64,000 nucleotides of DNA from Balanoglossus misakiensis. Lineage: Eukaryota > Animalia > Hemichordata. Made by a program: the position numbers and the translations under genes. The DNA lies in assembly GCA_040954595.2 (NCBI GenBank), contig CM082581.2, forward strand, positions 5,448,699 through 5,512,698, given 5' to 3'. Under the pieces are notes generated by a model. It saw nothing but the letters and a program-made list of their open reading frames with translations. It searched no databases and was not told where the DNA came from. This document shows, piece by piece, positions 24,101 through 34,500 of the stretch. Position 1 is the first letter of the stretch. The number at the start of each line of letters is the position of its first letter.

Positions 24101-26944
24101 AATCATCCAAAAATGACAATTTTTCGACTTTGCGAAAGTTCAAAATTTCGTCATTTTTTGACAAAAATCATGGGTTTTAGCTCATGAAAATCATCCAAAA
24201 ATGACAATTTTTCGACTTTGCGAAAGATCAAAATTTCGTCATTTTTTGACAAAAATCATGGGTTATAGCTCATGAAAATCATCCAAAAATGACAATTTTT
24301 CGACTTTGCGAAGGTTCAAAATTTCTTCATTTTTTGACAAAAATCATGGGTTATAGCTCACGAAAATCATCCAAAAATGACAATTTTTCGACTTTGCGAA
24401 GGTTCAAAATTTCTTCATTTTTTGACAAAAATCATGGGTTATAGCTCACGAAAATCATCCAAAAATGACAATTTTTCGACTTTGCGAAGGTTCAAAATTT
24501 CTTCATTTTTTGACAAAAATCATGGGTTATAGCTCACGAAAATCATCCAAAAATGACAATATTTCGACTTTGCGAAAGTTCAAAATTTCGTCATTTTTTG
24601 ACAAAAATCATGGGTTATAGCTCACGAAAATCATCCAAAAATGACAATATTTCGACTTTGCGAAAGTTCAAAATTTTGTCATTTTTTGACAAAAATCATG
24701 GGTTATAGCTCACGAAAATCATCTAATAATGACAATTTTTCGACTTTGCGAAAGTTCAAAATTTCGTCATTTTTTGACAAAAATCATGGGTTATAGCTTA
24801 TTAAAATCATCCAAAAATGACAATTTTTCGACTTTGCGAAAGTTCAAAATTTCGTCATTTTTTGACAAAAATCATGGGTTATAGCTCATGAAAATCATCC
24901 AAAAATGACAATTTTTCGACTTTGCGAAAGTTCAAAATTTCTTCATTTTTTGACAAAAATCATGGGTTATAGCTCATGAAAATCATCCAAAAATGACAAT
25001 TTTTCGACTTTGCGAAAGATCAAAATTTCGTCATTTTTTGACAAAAATCATGGGTTATAGCTCATGAAAATCATCCAAAAATGACAATTTTTCGACTTTG
25101 CGAAAGATCAAAATTTCGTCATTTTTTGACAAAAATCATGGGTTATAGCTCATGAAAATCATCCAAAAATGACAATTTTTCGACTTTGCGAAAGTTCAAA
25201 ATTTCTTCATTTTTTGACAAAAATCATGGGTTATAGCTCATGAAAATCATCCAAAAATGACAATTTTTCGACTTTGCGAAGGTTCAAAATTTCTTCATTT
25301 TTTGACAAAAATCATGGGTTATAGCTCACGAAAATCATCCAAAAATGACAATTTTTCGACTTTGCGAAGGTTCAAAATTTCTTCATTTTTTGACAAAAAT
25401 CATGGGTTATAGCTCACGAAAATCATCCAAAAATGACAATATTTCGACTTTGCGAAAGTTCAAAATTTCTTCATTTTTTGACAAAAATCATGGGTTATAG
25501 CTCAAGAAAATCATCCAAAAATGACAATTTTTCGACTTTGCGAAAGTTCAAAATTTCTTCATTTTTTGACAAAAATCATGGGTTATAGCTCACGAAAATC
25601 ATCCAAAAATGACTATTTTTCGACTTTGCGAAGGTTCAAAATTTCTTCATTTTTTGACAAAAATCATGGGTTATAGCTCATGAAAATCATCCAAAAATGA
25701 CAATATTTCGACTTTGCGAAAGTTCAAAATTTCGTCATTTTTTGACAAAAATCATGGGTTATAGCTCATGAAAATCATCCAAAAATGACAATTTTTCGAC
25801 TTTGCGAAAGTTCAAAATTTCGTCATTTTTTGACAAAAATCATGGGTTATAGCTTATTAAAATCATCCAAAAATGACAATTTTTCGACTTTGCGAAAGTT
25901 CAAAATTTCGTCATTTTTTGACAAAAATCATGGGTTATAGCTCATGAAAATCATCCGAAAATGACAATTTTTCGACTTTGCGAAAGTTCAAAATTTCGTC
26001 ATTTTTTGACAAAAATCATGGGTTATAGCTCATGAAAATCATCCTAAAATGACAATTTTTCGACTTTGCGAAAGTTCAAAATTTCGTCATTTTTTGACAA
26101 AAATCATGGGTTATAGCTCATGAAAATCATCCAAAAATGACAATTTTTCGACTTTGCGAAAGTTCAAAATTTCGTCATTTTTTGACAAAAATCATGGGTT
26201 ATAGCTCATGAAAATCATCCAAAAATGACAAATTTTCGACTTTGCGAAAGTTTAAAATTTCTTCATTTTTTGAAAATATTCATGGGTTATAGCTCATGAA
26301 AATCATCCAAAAATGACAATTTTTCGACTTTGCGAAAGTTCAAAATTTCTTCATTTTCTGACAAAATCATTGGTTATAGCTCATGAAAATCATCCGAAAA
26401 TGACAATTTTTCGACTTTGCAAAAGTTCAAAATTTCGTCATTTTTTGACAAAAATCATGGGTTATAGCTCATGAAAATCATCCTAAAATGACAATTTTTC
26501 GACTTTGCGAAAGTTCAAAATTTCGTCATTTTTTGACAAAAATCATGGGTTATAGCTCATGAAAATTATCCAAAAATGACAATTTTTCGACTTTGCGAAA
26601 GTTCAAAATTTCGTCATTTTTTGACAAAAATCATGGGTTATAGCTCATGAAAATCATCCAAAAATGACAAATTTTCGACTTTGCGAAAGTTTAAAATTTC
26701 TTCATTTTTTGAAAATATTCATGGGTTATAGCTCATGAAAATCATCCAAAAATGACAATTTTTCGACTTTGCGAAAGTCCAAAATTTCTTCATTTTCTGA
26801 CAAAATCATTGGTTATATCTCATGAAAATCATCCAAAAATGATAATTTTTCGACTTTGCGAAAGTTCAAAATTTCTTCATTTTTTGACAAAAATCATGGG
26901 TTATAGCTCATGAAAATCATCCAAAAATGACAATTTTTCGACTT
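6189..26944. repeat. Satellite DNA array, 88-bp monomer, ~236 head-to-tail copies (~20.75 kb)
   Basis: Consensus is attttttgacaaaaatcatgggttatagctcatgaaaatcatccaaaaatgacaatttttcgactttgcgaaagttcaaaatttc(g/t)tc. Identical 60-nt lines recur every 1320 nt (15 x 88). Monomers differ by only a few recurrent SNPs, and the edges are more diverged. Confidence 0.99.
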
Positions 26945-27222
26945 GTATGTATGTATGTATGTATGTATGTATGTATGTATGTATGTATGTATGTATGTAT
27001 GTATGTATGTATGTATGTATGTATGTATGTATGTATGTATGTATGTATGTATGTATGTATGTATGTATGTATGTATGTATGTATGTATGTATGTATGTAT
27101 GTATGTATGTATGTATGTATGTATGTATGTATGTATGTATGTATGTATGTATGTATGTATGTATGTATGTATGTATGTATGTATGTATGTATGTATGTAT
27201 GTACATGTATGTATGTAGGTAT
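26945..27222. repeat. (GTAT)n tetranucleotide microsatellite, ~69 units; right flank of the satellite
   Basis: Read directly from the sequence; it begins immediately after the truncated last monomer (...cgactt). Confidence 0.98.
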
Positions 27223-27994
27223 GTTCGATGCAGTAGCGTTATAAATTAATAATAAATCTTCCGAGCTACAAATTCTGGTTCATATGATGTCCAAATATAT
27301 GAATCCTCGACTTTTTCAAGCACCCATCCATGTTACCTAAGCAAACCTTATAGGAGAATACCACGCTATTCGAAATATAGGACAAAATGAACTCTGAATA
27401 CTCTACAGTGTGCTGTGCTGTCATTAACGTAGGTTTATTCAGCAAGTTCCCAATTCAATTTTTCAATTTGGCACAATATTAGTTTTATCGCAGCTGCGTG
27501 TGCAAACATATTTCCGCTGAAGATTTTATTTTATTGTGCGTTCGGACAAAGCCCTGAATTTTATTTTACCGTATAAGCAAACGTACACAAAGGAATTCAA
27601 TCGGATTGTGACGCCAGAGCTTCAGAGTCGATCATTCTCTGTGCTGGCAGCCCTTGAGCTTGGTGGCGGTAATAGATTATCTGGTGTTGATTGAGACAGA
27701 TCACGTTACCCAGCCTGCGTTGTATGTGAGCAGTATCGCTAAACCAGATCCCAGGAGACTTAATTAAAAATACCAGAGCTCGAAACATATCGCAGTATCT
27801 GTGACTATTTTTAACGACGAGTTTCATCGGCGTGCGCACCCAGCGGCGAGGAACGTGCGGCCGGCTTTTTCTCCGTTAATTGTCGTCTGACAAAAAGTTC
27901 GATTTTGTTATAGACGTCCGATGCATGACTGGAAGTTCTCCATGATTGTCATAGCCATTTTTTAGAACTTACAAAGAGCGAGAATGGGTGCATG

Positions 27995-28066
27995 ACAGAC
28001 AGACGGACATGGGCAGACAGACAGACACTCAGGCAGACAGGCAAATGGACAGGCAGTAGGACAGAC
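27995..28066. repeat. Degenerate (GACA/GGCA)n microsatellite
   Basis: gacagacagacggacatgggcagacagacagacactcaggcagacaggca... Confidence 0.65.
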
Positions 28067-28214
28067 TGTAATACTTGAATACAGTGGGACTGCTAATCGT
28101 ACGTATACATCAATAAGGAGAAGACGCCAAAGTAACTGTAAACTGGGGCAGATCAATTGTGACCCTAGTAGCGAATATGGTGTCATCTCATATCAAAACA
28201 ACACCATTTCGACA

Positions 28215-28220
28215 TTTATT
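28215..28220 (-). terminator. Candidate polyadenylation signal (AATAAA, - strand) for gene B
   Basis: Reads tttatt on the + strand. On the - strand it is followed by GT-rich ggtgttgttttg, which would give a ~2.7 kb 3' UTR. An alternative AATAAA lies at 29421-29426. Confidence 0.4.
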
Positions 28221-30933
28221 ATAATAATACAATGGATACACCTTCATGGTAACACTATACACAATAATTTACAAAGTGACCACGATTATCAAAATACAAC
28301 TTCAGTGACACGATCGACAGCAGACATATCCTAGTTTACTGTATTACTAGTAAATTGCATGAAGTTTTTTGGTATAGAATGAATTAGCCATCTATTATGC
28401 TCAAGGCACAGGTTTCCTGGACTCTCTGTTGCTGTTGTCTCCGTCTTCGCATCACCACCCCTGGCACATTGCTTTGGGGAAAAAGAGCAATGGCCCCTCA
28501 AGAACCTGTGTATCCCGTTTTAAATCTAGCTGGTACAGTTGAACGTATTGTATGATAGGTCCAACTGTAGGCAGAAAGTCCTTATAAATACCAATAATAT
28601 TCAGTGTATAGCTCTTGTGGGTAGATTTAATTTAGTAGACTTACTGTTTCACTTTGATTTTAAGATAAGTGTACAGAAAAATGAAACTACTTGAATACCA
28701 ACCTAAGAATAGAATACACTCAGTTTCTGTCACTATCGCGTAATACTTTTTATGTGGCTGTTTTTCAGCATACCTTTCGTGTCTGCACACCCTTGACAGA
28801 GTATGCATGTATAGTAGATGTCGCTGACACATACTGATCGATACTTATTACTACTAAAGTACCTTTCAAGAAACCTCGGCATATATTTTTTATCATTATT
28901 AAACTGTTTGGTCGTTGCCATACATATTTTCAAGAAACAGGACTATTGGGAAAACTTCCGATCCGAAAGTTCTGTTCAAAAAAAGTTATTCTTATCGTGT
29001 ATAAGCTGGGGATCATAGTCACTTGGGTGAAATAGGAAAATCTGAAGACTGTCATCTGGGCATGCGTAGTTCTAGGTCGCTGCTTGGTCCACATTCAATG
29101 ACGCAAAAATACGTTTTGTAAATGTTTTTGCATAAATCCACACGCTAATTTTAGCAGGCATAGAGAAGGCAGAAACAAAGGTTACAAAATCATATCAAGC
29201 ATTCGGGTGCATGGCGGTACTTTTTCTTTTATAAATAATCGAAGACGACGAAATACTCAATGCGGTATATACTCGGTGTTACAAATGTATACAAGATTAA
29301 GAGTAACCGTTTTGTTTCAGCTGCAGGGGGACATGTGTCTTGGCAACGCGTTTCAAAAGTCAAAAAAGTGAAACAAATTTGATAATTGCAATGTACATCA
29401 TGACAGACAGGTATCGTTACTTTATTTCACGTACCGTATATATCACGTGTGTACTGGATCTATTAGGGTCTCATTAGACGACTGAACCTAACGCTGATTA
29501 TAGACGTCTTTCTTTGACCTTTCCATGGACGTAAAAAATTATCGCCCTCCTTACATAAGTACAACACCTTTTTTGGCATGTCTTACACGATGGTTTGCCT
29601 TTCCTGCGCGTCTAGTTTCTTGTCATTTGAAGAAACCAGCGCAAAGACTCACGTTGCTCGTCAAACACGCAATTACACGAAATCAAATAAGATGGACTTT
29701 TGATGTTGAGTTCCAGGAACTTGTAGCATAACCTTCGTCGTCAGTAAAGAACTCGTTTTGATTGAACGGCCGATAAAAAATATCAATAACATCAAGCACT
29801 GCAAAGCACAACAGGTAAGCTTGCGCGAAGAAAATCAATTAATAAGCTCAATAAAATAATACGATATAGAGCGATATACCTGAAAGAGTGTGAATAAATG
29901 GCAAAAAATCCACTGGGTTTCATATAATACATCGAAGCACCCAGCTAAATCATAATGTTAACACAGCAACGCAAAGCTGCCAACCTTCCCGCTATGCTAT
30001 AGCTACACACAGCAATAAAATACAAACGCCTGTGAAATGACATATGGAAAAGCAAAAATAAGCCGCAATGTACTTTATCAATTGACGATGGGATAAAAAC
30101 CAGCACACCAGGTTAATTAATATGGGTTTGGAAGCCAGCGCTATATTCGATACTAGAATATACTCTGTGACCAACAAGTGGCTAACGACAAAGCCTACGG
30201 GATTACTGAAAGTATTTGAAAATAAGACCGGCGTGTGTAAAACACGGTAAATTATAATTATCATCTTTCAAGCAGTATACATTGTATACCCCAGAAGACA
30301 GAGTGGCGTTAGTCACACAGAATAGCCTGGAGAATTACTCTTTGTTTCAGTACTGAAGTATGGCTGTGTAATATTGCATAATACGGGCAATTATTGTTAG
30401 AAGAACAGGATTAATTTTAAGATATATAACGGAGAAGTAGTCATAGGTTTCGGTTTTGCCACTGGTTGTAATTACTAACTGCTGGGAAAATGTTTTCGTC
30501 CAGATCGAAATGGCGATGATATGATACAGTGTTTTTTTTATACGGTGAGGAGATAAGACTTTGAAATGCTCGAACTTCTCCCAGACCAATCTCTGACGCC
30601 GATGGCGAATAAAAAAGCACATTCTTGGTTAGTTGTCTTCCCTGAAGGCACACTCGTCCGCCGTGCGTGGAAAAGGATGTGTATACAGGCCCGGAAAACG
30701 CGTTAACGACGGCCCCAGTTCAGTTCGCGAATCCGCCGGGATTCTGTCGTACAGGTGCGATAAACGCTTGTTTCGTTCCTCTTCCTTGCAAGACACGTCA
30801 CACCCACGTGTCACGGAATCTTGGCAAAACTTGTGTGCAAATGCGGTAGTTCTGTTCAGTGATTCAGTAATAACTGTTGTTAATCGTCCTGTAATATTGC
30901 AGTCTTTGTGTTGGCGATCGTCGCCACCCTCCG

Positions 30934-31541
30934 TTACCATGGAATCTGGCAGACGATCACCATGACCGTTGACACCGTGCCAATGAGGTACATGATTAAG
31001 CAAATCCGATCAGTCACCTTGGCCACCCTCTTCCACTCCCTCTGAATTTTGCACTTTTCCACCTGTTTTTCATTGTACTTGTTCAAGTGCCGCAGTTCCC
31101 GCAGAATGTGTTTTAAAAGCGTGATGTTCTCCTTCTCCTCGGTGTGCGGAGAGATCCGGGAGCTATACTTTGTCCTCGAGTGGTTCATTCCCGGACTGTT
31201 GTCCACGTCGCTCCTGAAGCTCGAGTTGAGCTTCAGCATGGGTATGGGCGAGTCGGGACACTGCAGCGGGTCCCCGTCCATGCCGTTGACGGCGGTGAGC
31301 GGTATCAGTTCGGCGCTGCTCATGTTACCCGCGGCGCCGCGCGGGCTCATGACCTTCACCGGGCCGTCGTGGTTGATGTTGACGTTGAGGAACCAGCCGA
31401 CGTACCCGATGAGGTACTTCTTGGCCCAGTCGGGCACGGGCAGACTGTCTTTCTCCGGGCCGCGATAGTACAAGTTCACAACCAGCACGTTCATTGACAG
31501 CGACACCGAGATCAGAACCATAGTTGCTGCATAATATTGGC
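30934..31541 (-). CDS. Gene B exon 7: M3 ([26 protein letters not shown]), intracellular loop, MA ([11 protein letters not shown]), M4, stop
   Basis: Acceptor tttcag (AG at 31543-31542). It includes ORF 30934..31521. Confidence 0.95.
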
Positions 31542-34500
31542 CTGAAAATACAGATAGATATGCATGAACTCCGAGAGCCTTTGACAGAGTGGGAAGGAGT
31601 CATTGCTGCATACTATCGCTATATACCCCACATAATTTTTACTTTTAGCGAGGGGTTAAACCAGATTATAATAATTGCATTGTGGGTAGGAAAGTCGACA
31701 ACTCACTGTAGTATGAGTTCAAAAAGATGCTATGATACTTATAAAAATGCTCAAAAACACTGTGACTATTCAGTATGTATGCCTGACATCTGCCCAGTGG
31801 TAACCACCGCCGAATTCGCCCAGAGTACAACGCAAAGTACTACGAAGCAATTTTGGTATTGACTAAAAATTATATGATCGAAGTATTCATGTGTTCTATC
31901 TATATGCAGGATATGAATTGGACACTGACGTCACGAGCTGAATAAAAAATACATAAATAGGTTAGCAAAAGAAACTAAAATAATATTTGCCGCTTTACTG
32001 TAAACTCGAGGATAACCAAATTAAAGGAACACCGTTGTATGCGAGGCATTGTAATATACATGTAAGCGACAAAAAGTTGTAATTTCGTGAGTTTTTAAAC
32101 AGAACGAAATCTCGCACTGAATTTAGGGCATGGATAAATGACAGCCCGGTTCCATTCACCACCGTCCATGAACCAACCTACAAAAGAGAACTGAACAGAA
32201 AGTACGTTCGACCACACCTGTAAGTCGAGTCCCCTAAAGACCTATCACGCAGCTTTATTGAAAAAATAATAGCTTTAGCGCCGCGCGTAAAAGGCGGACA
32301 GTTGCCAAGGCAACGAACTTAGTAATCTTATCAAGTTTTAATACTGGCCCGATCTGAACTACTGGTCAATTGAAAATGTTTGCTGAGTCAATGACTGGCT
32401 TAATTTAGGCGTATGCTAACATCTATCACAAAATTGTATTGATTTCAATGTCTACATTAATCCACATACATATCTGTCATTTTCATCGTGACATAGGTTC
32501 CATTAACGTTGAGACTCTTGAATTGAACTCTAACTTTAGTTGCCAGTATTCTTTGACCTCTGGTGACCCCATCCATCGGAATTTTGTGTGTCATATTTTA
32601 ATCCTGTGCTGAAGTTGCACAGCTGGTGGTGCGTTATTACTTTTTGTACAAATATAGATCTGTCGCGTTGGAGATGATCGCAGGTTTTGACAGCTCGATT
32701 GCCCACTACTCGAAACGGAGTCTTTTTGAGAAATGGGGCCGGCCGTTTAACACGCCTGCGTGTTATCAGCTGCGCCTTGGTAAACTGTCGGACTATTAGA
32801 GAAAACAAACGAGGAGGGCGCACTTACCAATGACCGGAACTTCGTCGGAGGCCGGCATCACCTCGGCCACGAGAAGTAGAAAGACAGTCAGCGAGAGGAG
32901 GACGGTGACGCCGAGACTGATTTTACCCTGTGATTCGGCGGGAAGGAAGAAAGTCAGGATGGTCATCAGCGAGATCAAAGTGCACGGCATGATCAGGTAG
33001 AAGACATAGAACAAACACCGGCGCCGGAAGAAGATGTCGTACGTGACGTCAGTGTAGGGAATGCCGGGAGTATCCGGATAGTATTCCGCGTTGCTGGATG
33101 CGGATAGATTAATTAAGTCCCATTCACCGTCGCTGACATACACGGATTTATCACCTACGAATAAAAAATAAAATGCAAAACATGGCATTATAAAATTAAC
33201 ATACTACTGTTCAAGATACATGCATGGTCCACTGTACATGTATGTACAACGAAACGACTGCAGCGGTACTTGATTTGGTAGAACAACACACCACAATTGT
33301 ACATACAACACTCACGAGGCTATCCGGTGTACCAGGATTGCCTAATATTATCACCTAAGAAAAAGGACACCTTCATGACCCCTATGTGACCTTACACCAC
33401 AGCTGGTGTTGTTGGTATGACACCATGCATAATTCAACGTTGCATATAACATTCACTGAAAAAAAAATCATATTTTGTTCCAGGATGAATCTGGCTGTGA
33501 AAATTCAATACTACGGTGACTGTTCCAAAATGGTAAACCCATACCAATACAATTAATGCTAGGATGTAACGATCACACGGGGTCATATAAGTGACCTTTT
33601 GTTGATAATACGCCAGAATGTTACATGTACATTATTTTAGCCATGATAAACAAATGGATGGGTGGATGGCGACCACGCAACGTAGCGCACAGACAACAAT
33701 ATACTGAATCGGCGGGAAGAATCGATGAATGACTTTCCGTGTGGTTTACTGTATACGCCATATAAATAGAATGAGCGATCCGCACATCATTAAAATTGAT
33801 TAATACCATTCCAGCCATTAAGTGTTACTTTAAATATAGACTTTAGCTGAATGTCTCATTAGGATCTGTGAAGGTCTCGGTGTAATCTCTTATGTCTTTA
33901 GCTAAATCCCCAAACGTAGATTTTAAACCTGACAAAGGTGGCCATCAATCAACACACCGCGGCGCAATAGAAGGTAATGACGCCTCCAATCCCCCAGACA
34001 ACAATTATTCGAGTACATTTACTGGCATAATGCAAACGCTGATTAAGTCAAACAAGAGCCAGGGCAACGGTCAAAGTGAAGTCTATACGATCGATTCTGA
34101 ATGACATAGATGCGAGCAATGTACTGGTACAGCGTAATCGTATTCGTTTTGCGTTATTTTTCTGCAATAAATAGCCATTTTCATACAATCTACTGTGTGA
34201 AATATCCCTCTGGAAAGCATAATTCACGTCTGTTTAAAAGATATTGAAGGTTTAAAGTTAGGAAGAGTTCGCAAAACGCAATTTAATTGCGCATGCGTTG
34301 CTGCAAATCCAGGTACGTTATTTGCACTTTGTGTAATAGCGGTGAAGTCTGGGAACTACCTTATATATACTGTAGTATATAGTTCACCTCCCGAGACTTT
34401 GTCATAGGGCCAACAGCTGCGACCTTTGAACTGTTCCACAAGCTGTTGAATTTCAGTGCGTGTGAGCGATGCGTACAGGTGTGAAGTGCATTATGTATTG

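Noticed and set aside
6189-26944. Palindromic regularly spaced repeats resembling a CRISPR array
   Set aside because: There are no unique spacers, the monomers are contiguous and near-identical, there are no cas genes, and the context is eukaryotic. It is satellite DNA.
26901-27249. MYVC / YIHT repeat ORFs
   Set aside because: They are translations of the (GTAT)n microsatellite.
28400-28550. Segment that looks like a SINE fragment in the putative 3' UTR of gene B
   Set aside because: No A/B boxes and no second copy are present in the window; it is an impression only and needs a repeat-library search.
31049-31603. Antisense and alternative-frame ORFs over gene B's last exon
   Set aside because: They are shadow ORFs of a GC-rich coding exon with no recognisable protein features.
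2975-33080. Pseudogene interpretation of the Cys-less receptors
   Set aside because: All exons are open and in phase with canonical splice sites, and the unusual loop C is conserved between the paralogs.
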